Virus record (IMG/VR): IMGVR_UViG_3300021255_000140
Location: 39,513 to 103,512 of that record
Source: a virus
Lineage: Duplodnaviria; Caudoviricetes
Length of the DNA stretch: 64,000 nt
Reading direction: 5' to 3' (one strand)
A program made the translations under genes and the position numbers. Positions 1 through 9,995 of this stretch are shown here, one piece after another. Numbering within the stretch: the stretch's first letter is position 1; each line of letters begins with the position of its first letter. The notes under the pieces were generated by a model. It was not told where the DNA came from and made no database searches. It saw nothing but the letters and a program-made list of their open reading frames with translations.

Positions 1-156
1 CACTATGGTCGTCATCGCATAAACTTTGGTACGCTTTAAGCGCAGATTTGTAACAACTACAACCATAATCCCAATCCTTTTCGTTGTCAAAATCGAACTT
101 GGGATTTTCTCTCTTGCAGGCTATTCGGCATTCCTGCTCTGCCCAATCTAACATAC

Positions 157-612
157 TCATACCTTATCTCCTTTCTGTGCTTTGAATTTATCCAATAATT
201 TATCCAATGCCATATAGTATGATTCCTTAATACTTTTTGCTTCCTTTGAATCTGGATCAACTCCCATTTCTTTAAGAGTATCGTCAATGCTTGGTATGCT
301 GACATAAGAAGATTTGTATCTAAGACCAAGTTCAAAGAAATATTTAGCACATTTTTCTATATCTTCATACAAAACATTTTCAAATTCCTTAGATGCTTCG
401 TTATTATACCATTTATCAATTTCTTTATCCAAATCATATTCTTTCACTTCAAGGGTGTCGAGGGAATCTTTTATAAGATTAACGACTTCAATATGAGCAG
501 CAGCCAGACATTCGTGCATATTACCCATTGGGTTTAGATTGCAGTTCTTTTGCAAGCCCCTTACTATTTCATCTATCACCGCCACTACAGCGTCTTTGTC
601 TATTAGTTCCAT
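157..612 (-). CDS. phage hypothetical protein
   Basis: 151 aa ORF in a tightly packed minus-strand run; no recognisable motif. Confidence 0.6.
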   Translation of the reverse strand: MELIDKDAVVAVIDEIVRGLQKNCNLNPMGNMHECLAAAHIEVVNLIKDSLDTLEVKEYDLDKEIDKWYNNEASKEFENVLYEDIEKCAKYFFELGLRYKSSYVSIPSIDDTLKEMGVDPDSKEAKSIKESYYMALDKLLDKFKAQKGDKV

Positions 613-616
613 AATT

Positions 617-883
617 CTATTCCATTAACTCATGAATATAACTATAGCATTTGTCCCACATCTCTTTTTCAAATTGCGCTCTGTCGTTTTTACTCCATTC
701 AGCAACTTCGTTTCTTGAAACCTCACTCCAACGTCCATTCAATACATTGTTGATATAGAAGTTTGTCATTGCTTTCATGGCATCGACATTATGTCGATAC
801 CTTTTGCTCGTATATTCCTTCCACAACTGCTTAATGTCTTTCTTGCTTTGTGGTAATCTAAATTTAATTGTCTTCATAATCAT
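617..883 (-). CDS. phage hypothetical protein
   Basis: 88 aa ORF, 4-nt overlap with the upstream gene. Confidence 0.55.
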   Translation of the reverse strand: MIMKTIKFRLPQSKKDIKQLWKEYTSKRYRHNVDAMKAMTNFYINNVLNGRWSEVSRNEVAEWSKNDRAQFEKEMWDKCYSYIHELME

Positions 884-1089
884 TCCTCCATATACTTTTT
901 GAAATCATCAATAACCAATTTTTCACTTAAATTTGTATGTTCGTTAATCCATTTTGCAGCTTTTTCAATAAAAACATCTTTGCGACTATACTCAATGTCA
1001 TCGTCTTTACACTTCTCTGTAAAACCATAAAGTACTGAATCACTAAAGTCATCATTAGTATCTACATATAATTTCTCTGGCGCTTTCAT
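880..1089 (-). CDS. phage hypothetical protein
   Basis: 69 aa ORF (MKAPEKLY...FIEKAAKWI...DDFKKYME), tightly packed. Confidence 0.6.
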   Translation of the reverse strand: MKAPEKLYVDTNDDFSDSVLYGFTEKCKDDDIEYSRKDVFIEKAAKWINEHTNLSEKLVIDDFKKYMEE

Positions 1090-1091
1090 AA

Positions 1092-1322
1092 CTATCCCTC
1101 ATCTATTATTGTTAATTCATACGTTTTGATTTTTACACCACCGATGTCTGTGAGTACAGGAGTAAATGTACAATACATAGGTTCTATCCATTTATCTGTT
1201 GTCAATCGTTCATCTTGAAACTTTACTGGGGTTCTGACTTTCCCTATGGGTGCATCCCCATGTTCGTTTAGCATTTGTCCCAATCTACCATAAAGGTCAC
1301 TTAGCATCATATAATGTTTCAT
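1092..1322 (-). CDS. phage hypothetical protein
   Basis: 76 aa ORF, tightly packed. Confidence 0.55.
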   Translation of the reverse strand: MKHYMMLSDLYGRLGQMLNEHGDAPIGKVRTPVKFQDERLTTDKWIEPMYCTFTPVLTDIGGVKIKTYELTIIDEG

Positions 1323-1326
1323 AACT

Positions 1327-2373
1327 TTATCCTCCTATTCTATCTTTGAGGGATTTTAGATGACTTATAATATCATTGACATTAGATGGAATTTTTGCCA
1401 AAGTCAATGTTGACAAATGGTTCAACTCATCAAGAAGCATACATGCCCTATCAATCCATATTTCAACCTCCTTACTCCACTCTTTTTTGGTTGTGCATTT
1501 TGCTTCACAAGCAACTCTTTTTTTGATGGCTTTAAGCCAGTTTATTTGTAGCATATCAATCTCCGCACCTCTAATAACATCTGATATTATTGTCCTAAGT
1601 ATGTTTTCATCCTCTTCGCTCCACTCTTGTTTTGGTTTCACTCGGTCTTTGAGGAATTTAAGAAAATTCATTTGATTATCAGTTAACGCTGCATCCTCTT
1701 GTGTAACTTCAAGTTTTGCAATTATAGCATCATAATAATCTTCGTCCTCTTTACTCCAAGCAGGCTTCTGCATATCTTTTATTCTTTCTTTTAATGAAAG
1801 CATATAATCTACATTTGGATCTTCATTATGAACATTTATAAGTCTGTCATATATCCACTGAAAAAATTGTTGATTAGGAGTAATATAATTATGTGCTATA
1901 GACTCTATCTTATCAGTAGATTTCTGCTCATCTTCGCAAGTTTTTGTAGAATTAGCAAGAATTTGCGAGTTTTGCTTTTCTAAATGTTTGAAAAGTTGCT
2001 TATCCAACAAAATATCAACCCCATTATCCCTTGCACACATACCCCAAGTATGATCATTATATTTAAAAAATACACCACTATAAGGATTGGGTTCACCTTG
2101 TTCTTCAAGCCAAGTACGATATTTATCTATTCTTTTTTGGTAGGTAGGCAAAGTATTGCCTTCATTATCTACTTCATCGTCATTTGGTATAATATATGCA
2201 ATTTGTTCGAGGAGCTCTTTCCTTATTTTCTCGTCTTTTGATTCACATAGTTCAGGGAAGTAGTGTTCTGCATCTTCTTTCATTGCACCTTCCATTGTAG
2301 GATATAAATTTTGCATCCATACCAAAGCCTTTTCATATCTTTCTGCTTTTTCTTCAATAGTAAGTTCTTTCAT
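1327..2373 (-). CDS. modular phage protein with repeated (E/A)WS(E/K)E motifs
   Basis: 348 aa; three internal helical units starting PAWSKEDE, QEWSEEDE and KEWSKEVE; two end in L(K)xLKDR. Confidence 0.7.
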   Translation of the reverse strand: MKELTIEEKAERYEKALVWMQNLYPTMEGAMKEDAEHYFPELCESKDEKIRKELLEQIAYIIPNDDEVDNEGNTLPTYQKRIDKYRTWLEEQGEPNPYSGVFFKYNDHTWGMCARDNGVDILLDKQLFKHLEKQNSQILANSTKTCEDEQKSTDKIESIAHNYITPNQQFFQWIYDRLINVHNEDPNVDYMLSLKERIKDMQKPAWSKEDEDYYDAIIAKLEVTQEDAALTDNQMNFLKFLKDRVKPKQEWSEEDENILRTIISDVIRGAEIDMLQINWLKAIKKRVACEAKCTTKKEWSKEVEIWIDRACMLLDELNHLSTLTLAKIPSNVNDIISHLKSLKDRIGG

Positions 2374-2419
2374 AATTGTTTATTTTTTATATTATTTTTA
2401 GCAACAAACATATTATATC

Positions 2420-2671
2420 TTATTTGTTTTTTATTATATGTTCACAAAATAACATTGCTAAATAGCATCCAAGAAAGTTTGTAGATGCCTGTACTGAAAT
2501 GGCTATCCATAAATCTACCTCTGATATGAACTTAATTACCACAGCAGAAAATGTATAGCAAATACAGTTGGAAAGAGAAGCAATAAATTTTCCGGACTTA
2601 ATAACCAATATACTTCGTACTATATGAAGAAATACATTGATTAGAGAAATTAAGATATATGTTATAATCAC
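2420..2671 (-). CDS. small membrane protein
   Basis: 83 aa with about three hydrophobic segments. Confidence 0.55.
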   Translation of the reverse strand: MIITYILISLINVFLHIVRSILVIKSGKFIASLSNCICYTFSAVVIKFISEVDLWIAISVQASTNFLGCYLAMLFCEHIIKNK

Positions 2672-3060
2672 AGCAAATTAAGTTCATTCAACTTTAATAT
2701 GAGTTCTACACAAGCATCAACAAAATGCTCATATCTATCAGTTTCTATACTTTCAAAATCCCCATATAAAGAATGGTCTTTATATTCAAGTTGATACAAG
2801 TCGTCATCTTTGTAAATTTGTAAATAATATGAATTACCATCATCATCGCACAACTCATAGGGGATTTGTTCAAGTAATGCTGATAAACTCCAAGATGGGA
2901 TGTCATCTTCTTGTAGATGGAAGAAATCTGTTTCATAATTGGGAATAACTAATACGTGTTTAGTACCATTCATATAGTACATGTCAGCACTTTCAAGTGG
3001 CAATATTTCAGCCAACCTCTTTGACTGATTTATGTCTGTATAACTCTTAATTGTTGTCAT
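2668..3060 (-). CDS. phage hypothetical protein
   Basis: 130 aa, YTDINQSKRLAEILPLESADM...PSWSLSALL; 4-nt overlap with the downstream gene. Confidence 0.65.
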   Translation of the reverse strand: MTTIKSYTDINQSKRLAEILPLESADMYYMNGTKHVLVIPNYETDFFHLQEDDIPSWSLSALLEQIPYELCDDDGNSYYLQIYKDDDLYQLEYKDHSLYGDFESIETDRYEHFVDACVELILKLNELNLL

Positions 3061-3232
3061 AATTTTTTGTTATATTTTTATTTTTTATATTCAAAATGGT
3101 CTATAGTGCTGTTACAAGCAGAACCAATTATATTTGGGCAAAACTTTTCCAACGAACAATCTTTGCATCCACCTCCATGGTTTACTGGTACATGGCTTGC
3201 CCCATTAATTAATATTTCTATTTCCATAGTTT

Positions 3233-3442
3233 TTATTCATTTTTATATATTATAAAACAATCACTTTTTCTGTAAGGTCTTGCGGCTACCAAAACTTCTC
3301 CTTCGTTAGTATCGAATAATGTAGTTGCATAGCAATAAGATTTACCATTGGCAGATATTTTGCCTCTTCCTATTGCTTGCTTGACACATTCCAATGCCAA
3401 TGTAGGAGAAATATTGTCCCTAATATCCAGATGTATTTTCAT
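3233..3442 (-). CDS. phage hypothetical protein
   Basis: 69 aa ORF in the operon. Confidence 0.55.
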   Translation of the reverse strand: MKIHLDIRDNISPTLALECVKQAIGRGKISANGKSYCYATTLFDTNEGEVLVAARPYRKSDCFIIYKNE

Positions 3443-3443
3443 T

Positions 3444-3635
3444 TCACTTTACTTTGTGGCAATTATTCCATGTATCTTCAATTGCTTGATGATAACCAGC
3501 AAGATAATGTTGTTCTATTTCTGAAATTGCCCTATTTGTAGGTTCATATTTATTTCCTGTTGTTTCTTCCAATTCTTTTACGATGCCCTCTATTGCTTTG
3601 GAAGCATATTCTTTTGCTCTTTCCTCTGGTGTCAT
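3444..3635 (-). CDS. phage hypothetical protein
   Basis: 63 aa, EERAKEYA...YLAGYHQA. Confidence 0.55.
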   Translation of the reverse strand: MTPEERAKEYASKAIEGIVKELEETTGNKYEPTNRAISEIEQHYLAGYHQAIEDTWNNCHKVK

Positions 3636-3646
3636 AATTTCTCTTT

Positions 3647-4060
3647 TTAATCATACATTCCTTTAGGTGCTTCTAATGCAAGACCTTTCTCAATCATGTG
3701 ATAAATATCAAACATACGTTTATTTAATTCTTCGATATACTTTTTACAAACTTTTAAATTGATTATATTACATTCAACACCTAATAAAAGATTACCTTCA
3801 TTATCAATATCTCCATGAATATTAAGTAATTGAAGTATATCCCTTTTTTCTTCTTCAGTCATACTTGACATTGAACGGAGGTAAGGCTTAAATTTTTCGT
3901 CATTTGAATATTCTAAAAAATGACTAAAATCATCAATAGTATTAATCTTAATATCTACATTATCACTATATCTATGGACAATAAATCCATAAGACAATCT
4001 TATATAAAGATTTTTAAGTAGCAATTGTTTTTGTTCTTCTTCCATTTTATTTTTCTTCAA
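3647..4060 (-). CDS. phage hypothetical protein (start probably MEEEQK, near 4045)
   Basis: KPYLRSMSSMTEEEK...LIEKGLALEAPKGMY-type motifs typical of Bacteroidales phage proteins. Confidence 0.65.
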   Translation of the reverse strand: MKKNKMEEEQKQLLLKNLYIRLSYGFIVHRYSDNVDIKINTIDDFSHFLEYSNDEKFKPYLRSMSSMTEEEKRDILQLLNIHGDIDNEGNLLLGVECNIINLKVCKKYIEELNKRMFDIYHMIEKGLALEAPKGMYD

Positions 4061-4703
4061 TTAATTCTTTATTCTTAGAATCCCATTTATATCCTTTTTC
4101 TTTTAATTTAGAAAAGAAAATATTTTTCTCATTTTTAGTAGCTAAACGAGAATTATTATTAATAAGCCAACATTTATCAGTTATTTGTAAATTTCCACTT
4201 ATATCTATTCCTGCAAATGCAATAAGAAAATTATAAGATGTATCTACCCACTCTTTAAATAAAATTGTTATTTGTCCGGATACTATAATATCACCTATTT
4301 TCGCATCTTTTAAATCCCAATTTTTAATCCAACCCTTTTTCCTATCAAATTTTATATTTTCTTTATAAAAATCTTCTACTCCTTTTCTATGTATAAATGA
4401 AGGCTGTAAATAGTCATTATCTTTCCAATGTTTATTTGGATAATGAACACATTCAGCTATTTTGTCCCATATAGCAATAGTCCAAACATTATACTGAAGT
4501 ATTAATTGAGCCATACATTCATCACATTCTTTATCTGAAAAGAAATTCTTCGCTTCTTCCTTATTGTATGTGAATTCTACTTTATTATTTATAAAAGATT
4601 TTACAAATAATCTATTTTTATTTTCCCAGGCTCCCATATAAGTATGAGCTAAATTACCCTCATACCCATCTTCCTGCTTTAGACATACTACTATTTTAGC
4701 CAT
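4047..4703 (-). CDS. phage hypothetical protein (AT-rich)
   Basis: 218 aa; C-terminal WDLKDAKIGDII...LKEKGYKWD module. Confidence 0.6.
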   Translation of the reverse strand: MAKIVVCLKQEDGYEGNLAHTYMGAWENKNRLFVKSFINNKVEFTYNKEEAKNFFSDKECDECMAQLILQYNVWTIAIWDKIAECVHYPNKHWKDNDYLQPSFIHRKGVEDFYKENIKFDRKKGWIKNWDLKDAKIGDIIVSGQITILFKEWVDTSYNFLIAFAGIDISGNLQITDKCWLINNNSRLATKNEKNIFFSKLKEKGYKWDSKNKELIEEK

Positions 4704-4758
4704 AAATTCTTTATTTATCTAAATTTTATTTTTCGTTTACAACAAGGACATATTATAA

Positions 4759-5019
4759 TTATATTTCTTTTAAAACCTGCAGTATCTCCTTGCTTAGAAG
4801 TTGAAAGATAAGCTTGTGCTCTATCTTCCATCTATCCCAATCCGCAGTTTTAAGAAGTTCGGGATTAGCCAACATTCCTTGCATGGCTGCTATTGCTGCC
4901 TGTATTCTTACTCCTTGCCATTCATCTGGAAGTTGTATTATGTGGTTTTGAAACTCACATTCTTTTTCTCCGTCAGATGTCCTGTAGTGGCAATCCATTG
5001 TGCAATCCTTGCATTTCAT
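4759..5019 (-). CDS. phage hypothetical protein
   Basis: CxxC N-terminus and RIQAAIAAMQGML motif. Confidence 0.55.
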   Translation of the reverse strand: MKCKDCTMDCHYRTSDGEKECEFQNHIIQLPDEWQGVRIQAAIAAMQGMLANPELLKTADWDRWKIEHKLIFQLLSKEILQVLKEI

Positions 5020-5022
5020 AAC

Positions 5023-5295
5023 CTATTGTTCTTTTCGTTCAAATAATTCACAAGCCTTTGTCGATGGCTGTACACTATAATTGTAATTTTTCTTGCCATA
5101 AGTCCTGACGGCACAATGATAAAAATTAAATCCTTTTGGATGTAGAGTACAATGCTTGCAATTCCTGCACCTTAAAGCAGTTTTCATTTCTTCTTCCTTT
5201 TGCGCTTTTACAAGTTCTGCTCTTCTTTTCAATTCTTCTTTAAGTTCTTTTGTCGTAAAAGCATTAAGTACAAGTTTTCTAATTGATTTCAACAT
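5023..5295 (-). CDS. putative Zn-finger protein
   Basis: CRNCKHC...C...C cluster. Confidence 0.55.
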   Translation of the reverse strand: MLKSIRKLVLNAFTTKELKEELKRRAELVKAQKEEEMKTALRCRNCKHCTLHPKGFNFYHCAVRTYGKKNYNYSVQPSTKACELFERKEQ

Positions 5296-5326
5296 AATCT
5301 GTTTATTTTATTCTAATTACAATTTG

Positions 5327-5417
5327 TAGGAAGTGGAGGATTCGGACCTCTCCTTTGCTTGTAATTGATATTCATCTCTTACATTAGCATTGTGCTACCC
5401 ATTACACCGCATTTCCC
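5327..5417 (-). ncRNA. tRNA-like element with an extended hairpin in place of the anticodon arm
   Basis: Minus strand: GGGAAAT acceptor pairing imperfectly with ACTTCCT; D-arm GTG-TAATGGGTAG-CAC; T-arm GAGG-TCCGAAT-CCTC; long TGCT..TGTAA...TTACA.AGCA stem in the anticodon position. Confidence 0.45.
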
Positions 5418-5483
5418 TTTTAGAAAGTGGCACAAATATATAGGCAAAAGTTTCCAAAGTTTCAAAGTTCCTGACCAAAAAGT

Positions 5484-5543
5484 TGGCGGTACTTGCAGGT
5501 GTCGAACCTACTCCATTGCCTACTATACCATGCCACTTATACC
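5484..5543 (-). ncRNA. truncated tRNA-like element ending in CCA
   Basis: T-arm GTAGG-TTCGACA-CCTGC followed by AAGTACCG-CCA; 5' GGTAT pairs with GTACC. Confidence 0.35.
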
Positions 5544-6211
5544 TTTCTACCTCTGAAGGAACGTGTTTCAAAGACAATCTTTGTCATCATTTCATTAAAT
5601 CTGTCTGCAATACGGTCTTTGTATTTTTCACGGATCTCCTGCGGACGGAGATTGGTTGATACTATTGTTAATAGTTGTTCGTCATACCTATACGATAGTA
5701 ATTCAATTACAGGGTTAATAACATTGCCATAACTCAATACCTCCATAGGCTCAACTCCCAAATCGTCTATAGCAAGCATCGGCTTGGTCATATAGTTCTT
5801 AAACGTTTCGTATTTTTCTTTGCTTAGCCTTGCCAGCTCTCTTGCGTTAAGCAATGAAATGCCGCAAATACGACCATAATCATCCTTGATGTTTAGAGAG
5901 TTTATCAAGGTTTGAATAGCTTTGACAAGTGTAGTCTTCCCATTCCCAGGCATACCGCATAAAATAAGTCCAGGCGTTTTAGGCGAATGTAACCACTTTG
6001 ATGCAATGTCTATATATTTTACGGTCCCGTCGTCATTGATATAAGTAAGGTGTCTATAAGCGACTTCGGCCATGTATGAAGCCGTAAGCAAGTCTCTCAC
6101 TTGCTCTTCCGTATAAGGGATCTTAAAAAACTCCTTCGTAGTCCTCTGATGTAGTAGCCGTGACATCAGTTCCTCTACGTTTATCTTTTTGTCTTTGTCT
6201 ATCTGTAACAT
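5537..6211 (-). CDS. DnaC/IstB-like ATPase (helicase loader)
   Basis: Walker A GMPGNGKTT, Walker B LAIDDLG, IVSTNL, DRIADRFNEM; follows the initiator gene. Confidence 0.85.
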   Translation of the reverse strand: MLQIDKDKKINVEELMSRLLHQRTTKEFFKIPYTEEQVRDLLTASYMAEVAYRHLTYINDDGTVKYIDIASKWLHSPKTPGLILCGMPGNGKTTLVKAIQTLINSLNIKDDYGRICGISLLNARELARLSKEKYETFKNYMTKPMLAIDDLGVEPMEVLSYGNVINPVIELLSYRYDEQLLTIVSTNLRPQEIREKYKDRIADRFNEMMTKIVFETRSFRGRKV

Positions 6212-6848
6212 CTTTTTCTATGTTTAGTTGTATTCTCAGCCAATTGCAGAAATGTCTCTTTATCTCTCTTAAATACTTATGTTCTGTACCCTCGCAATCA
6301 AGGTCAAGTGCGAATGCATCGATTTTTTTGATGATATATTCAGATGATACTGAAAATTTCATTGCCATCTGTTCAATCCATATTTGCGAATGTTTCATTT
6401 CGTCAATAAAATCTATATCGTCAGGCTCATCCATGATAGGTCTCGCTAATGTAACTTTTTCCCCGCGAATTAAATCCGCACTCGTATTGTCGTTATATGC
6501 TGGTTTGGCTACATTGTTTTCAACATTGTCATCGCAGACATATTTCCCGTAATTGCAAATAGTCAGGATAGAACTATGCCTGTATACAACATGTCTTGTA
6601 ATCATGCCTTCGCTTTCAAGCCATTTCAGGAATTTTATTGTGGTTGGACGGCTTATTTTCCATCTTGCAGATAAGAAGGAAGCTGATGCAATCATCTGCC
6701 CACGTCGCACTGCTATCAGATGCGTGTCTTGTATAACATGCTTATATTCGGTGGCTGCAAGAAACAGCAAGTCGGACCATCGTTTAAGATACTCCGGATT
6801 ACTCCATATTAGACCTCCTGCGATTTCATCACTAAGTTTAATAAACAT
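6123..6848 (-). CDS. phage replication initiator protein
   Basis: N-terminal wHTH signature (WSNPEYLKRWSDLL, VRRGQMIAS, LSARW, ILTICNYGKY); C-terminal KRHFCNWL; adjacent to the DnaC-like gene. Confidence 0.75.
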   Translation of the reverse strand: MFIKLSDEIAGGLIWSNPEYLKRWSDLLFLAATEYKHVIQDTHLIAVRRGQMIASASFLSARWKISRPTTIKFLKWLESEGMITRHVVYRHSSILTICNYGKYVCDDNVENNVAKPAYNDNTSADLIRGEKVTLARPIMDEPDDIDFIDEMKHSQIWIEQMAMKFSVSSEYIIKKIDAFALDLDCEGTEHKYLREIKRHFCNWLRIQLNIEKDVTDRQRQKDKRRGTDVTATTSEDYEGVF

Positions 6849-6866
6849 GCTTGTAAAATAATTCCT

Positions 6867-7139
6867 TTATCTTTTGTTTCTGTCGATATAAGATTTTCTT
6901 ACTTCGTACAAAGAAGAAATAGGGTCATCTTTGAACAGATTGAACGGGCAAATCGGTATGCTCATAAATGTAAGCCATAACTCTTTATTAAGTTCCTTTA
7001 TCTGAAACTTTTCGTTGGCATCCCCTGTAATTCTCCTGTACTCTTTCTCTATTCTCTTCTTTCTCTGATGCTCTCTCCATACTTTCATACGGAGAAATAG
7101 ATTTGCATTGCTCATATTGTTAAATATTTTTATTAACAT
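6867..7139 (-). CDS. phage hypothetical protein
   Basis: 90 aa ORF in the operon. Confidence 0.55.
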   Translation of the reverse strand: MLIKIFNNMSNANLFLRMKVWREHQRKKRIEKEYRRITGDANEKFQIKELNKELWLTFMSIPICPFNLFKDDPISSLYEVRKSYIDRNKR

Positions 7140-7881
7140 CTCTCATTCTGAACGCTACGGAAATAACACGCGATACCTTCTCCCGTTTCACGTATTCTTC
7201 TATTTCTGTGTATTTTATATTATGCCTAAATTTTGGCAATATGGAATACTTGTATTCTTTGTGTTTTTGCCGCAATGTGTCGAAACATGCGTTAGCCTCG
7301 TCATAAGACATCAATATGGCTTCATCTGAATAATTTTTAAGGCTTATTTCCCCATTTTCTGTGTTAAAAAATTTCGTTTCCCCAGTGCTACATGATGTGC
7401 ATAAAATCATGAACATCTGCGACAAGAGTAAATTCTTCCATGTAATGTATATGGTTTCAATGTACGCTTTCACATTTTTTGTTGCCCGAATTGTTTTTAA
7501 CGTATCTTCAGCGACGGACTTGACGGCCATAATCAAAGCTTCATCTATATCTATGGAGAACTCTGCCGTTCCTTTTCCTCGCCTTGATGTGTAGAATCTC
7601 CCTTTGTTATCTACAATTACAAAGAATTGGTTGAAGCTTTTCTCTTCATAAAATTGGCGCAAGTCGCAAAAAAGTGTAGTAACCTTTTTATTACGTACAG
7701 TTTGCATTATGCATTCTGGAATTTCTTTAGATAGATACAAGGCATCAAAAACATTGAACGTTAATTTTGTCCTATTCCTCAATATTCCTTTTCCAACATC
7801 TTTTACGAATCGGATAGCATCAACCTTTTTTCCGTTCGTTATTTGGCATATAATCTTTCCCATTTGTTTCGTCTTTGACAA
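7120..7881 (-). CDS. phage hypothetical protein
   Basis: 253 aa ORF. Confidence 0.6.
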   Translation of the reverse strand: MSKTKQMGKIICQITNGKKVDAIRFVKDVGKGILRNRTKLTFNVFDALYLSKEIPECIMQTVRNKKVTTLFCDLRQFYEEKSFNQFFVIVDNKGRFYTSRRGKGTAEFSIDIDEALIMAVKSVAEDTLKTIRATKNVKAYIETIYITWKNLLLSQMFMILCTSCSTGETKFFNTENGEISLKNYSDEAILMSYDEANACFDTLRQKHKEYKYSILPKFRHNIKYTEIEEYVKREKVSRVISVAFRMRDVNKNI

Positions 7882-8557
7882 TTATCGTATTTTCCATGAA
7901 GTCTGGGTTGTTCCGTCGCGCCTCATCCATACACGATTGTATGTAAGACCCGTCTGCGAATTTCTTCTGCATATTCAGGAACGCTTCATCTGTTTCTTCG
8001 GTATTAGTCTTTATATTGATGCCTTCATAGAGCACATCGCACATTCTATTCCATTTCAAGAATATATCACCTACGCGATACTCTTTGAAATCAGAGGAAA
8101 AGTCTCGTCCAAATTTCTTTTTACACTCTTCCATTACTCCGTCATATTGTTTCACACTCATTTCAAGAAGGACTCTGGCACATTCTACGTATGAGTACAA
8201 TTCTGACGAACACAATGCGGTTTTGTCTAATTCATTCTTTATCGCAGATCTAAACTTTGCAATGTCTGGGGCGGCTTCATCTATAATATGGTCAGAATAG
8301 TCAAGCCAGAATGACTTGTTAATCATATTGCTTTTTAGCTCTTGCTCCCGTATTAGCGCAGCTTCTATAGCCTGATTACAGTGTTTCTTGACGGTAAAGC
8401 GGAAAATCTTCTTATTTGTCCTCAAGTGGTATAATGCAGAGTACATCTCATTGAAGGCTGAAATGACTGCAAGGCTTACCCCGAAATCAACTACGCGCGA
8501 CACCCATTTGAGACATTCAAGTTCTTTCTCGCTATAATAGAATACTTTTTTTGCCAT
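7820..8557 (-). CDS. phage hypothetical protein
   Basis: 245 aa helical ORF. Confidence 0.65.
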   Translation of the reverse strand: MAKKVFYYSEKELECLKWVSRVVDFGVSLAVISAFNEMYSALYHLRTNKKIFRFTVKKHCNQAIEAALIREQELKSNMINKSFWLDYSDHIIDEAAPDIAKFRSAIKNELDKTALCSSELYSYVECARVLLEMSVKQYDGVMEECKKKFGRDFSSDFKEYRVGDIFLKWNRMCDVLYEGINIKTNTEETDEAFLNMQKKFADGSYIQSCMDEARRNNPDFMENTIIVKDETNGKDYMPNNERKKG

Positions 8558-8561
8558 TTTT

Positions 8562-9362
8562 TCAGAATAATGTAGGTTGCTGTTTCTCGTTTTCTAATCT
8601 TTTCTTGCCAAGGTTGAAATAATTCTCGTCTTTTTCAATGAGGATGTATCTTCTTTTCTCCCGTATGCAAGCCACTCCTGTTGACATACTTCCGGCACAG
8701 TTGTCAAGTACGACATCGCCATCGTTTGAATATGTCCGTATCAGCCAATGCAGGAGTTCCACAGGTTTCTGTGTCGGATGGATGCAGCATTTTTCCTTTG
8801 GGAAGTGCAGAACACTCATCGGGAAACCTTTTCCTGTAGGTCTTACGACCTTGATGTGGGCATAGTCATAAGTCGCTCCGACTTTTTGTTTTATTTCTTT
8901 ATATTCTCCGTAGAGTCTGTTTGTTACCTTGTGTTCTCCATTTCCGCGAGGATGAGTGTCAACATTTCTCCACTGCGGATTATATACGCATTGCTTGCGA
9001 TAGAATACACATATATCTTCATGACTTCGCATAGGCATACGATTGGCATTGAGGAAACCTGTTGCACGACCTTTCTCCCAAACAAGATTGTACTTCCACA
9101 ACTTAGGATTTGACATCATAAGTTGTGCTGTAAACATTCCTTGTGCGAAAAGTACAATCGCTCCATTGTCCTTGATAATGCGCTCGTATTGCGCCCACAA
9201 TGGCTCAAACGGAATTATTCTGTCCCATTGGACGTGAGGATTGTTTTTGTGGAGAACTTCGTATGGCAAATCGCACAATATCATGTCAACGCTCTTGCTC
9301 TTAATCGTTGGCATAATATCAAGACAATCACCGCAAATAATCAGATTATCCGGCTCTTTCAT
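8562..9362 (-). CDS. orphan N6-adenine/N4-cytosine DNA methyltransferase (beta class)
   Basis: GDCLD, ILCDLPY (DPPY-like), HPTQKPVEL, VLDNCAGSMSTG (SAM-binding motif at the C-terminus). Confidence 0.9.
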   Translation of the reverse strand: MKEPDNLIICGDCLDIMPTIKSKSVDMILCDLPYEVLHKNNPHVQWDRIIPFEPLWAQYERIIKDNGAIVLFAQGMFTAQLMMSNPKLWKYNLVWEKGRATGFLNANRMPMRSHEDICVFYRKQCVYNPQWRNVDTHPRGNGEHKVTNRLYGEYKEIKQKVGATYDYAHIKVVRPTGKGFPMSVLHFPKEKCCIHPTQKPVELLHWLIRTYSNDGDVVLDNCAGSMSTGVACIREKRRYILIEKDENYFNLGKKRLENEKQQPTLF

Positions 9363-9759
9363 CGTTAACTCTATCTCCTATGCCTATGATGAATACCGGT
9401 CTGTCTTCAGGAGCTCCCCAGCAAGGCTTGCCGAAGCCTATTCTCATGCCTGTTATCTTGTATTTCATTCTCCGCGTAGTATATCCATAACCAAAATCGA
9501 CAAAATCATAATCTTTGTATTTGAACAAAGACGATTGGATCATGTGTACAAGTTTGTTGTAATTTTCTTTTCTGCAATAGAAACTCGCGACATTTTCATC
9601 AATTTTTTTTAAGTACTCTCCTTCATCGTTCAATTCAATGAGTCTCTTGAACCAATACGGAGTCAAATCCCGATACTCTTCCGGCTTGACACCTTCTTCT
9701 ATCATTATGTAGTATTTCGCAAAAAGCGGTAAGTGTAGTGTTTTATTGTTCTTTTTCAT
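9346..9759 (-). CDS. ASCH/PUA-like domain protein
   Basis: LHLPL...IEEGVKPEEYR...YW..RL; F.GY; GKPxWGA. Confidence 0.75.
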   Translation of the reverse strand: MKKNNKTLHLPLFAKYYIMIEEGVKPEEYRDLTPYWFKRLIELNDEGEYLKKIDENVASFYCRKENYNKLVHMIQSSLFKYKDYDFVDFGYGYTTRRMKYKITGMRIGFGKPCWGAPEDRPVFIIGIGDRVNDERAG

Positions 9760-9797
9760 TTTGTCTTTTTTTTATTTGATGATGCGTGTGTCATCCT

Positions 9798-9995
9798 TCA
9801 GAACTCTATATGCCATTTTCTCCGGTTGAGCGACGGCCGTTTCTCCAGGACATACCGCCTGACTGCCGCCATGCTTATCACCGGCTTGTCGTCCTCATAA
9901 TCAATGATGCTCCCAAGTCCCAACGGCATACGCATTGTGCAGATAAACATTCCGTCGTCACTCATTACATCGAATGTGAATTTCTGTATCATCAC
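9798..9995 (-). CDS. phage hypothetical protein
   Basis: 65 aa, FDVM...FICTM...VLEKRPSL. Confidence 0.55.
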   Translation of the reverse strand: MMIQKFTFDVMSDDGMFICTMRMPLGLGSIIDYEDDKPVISMAAVRRYVLEKRPSLNRRKWHIEF

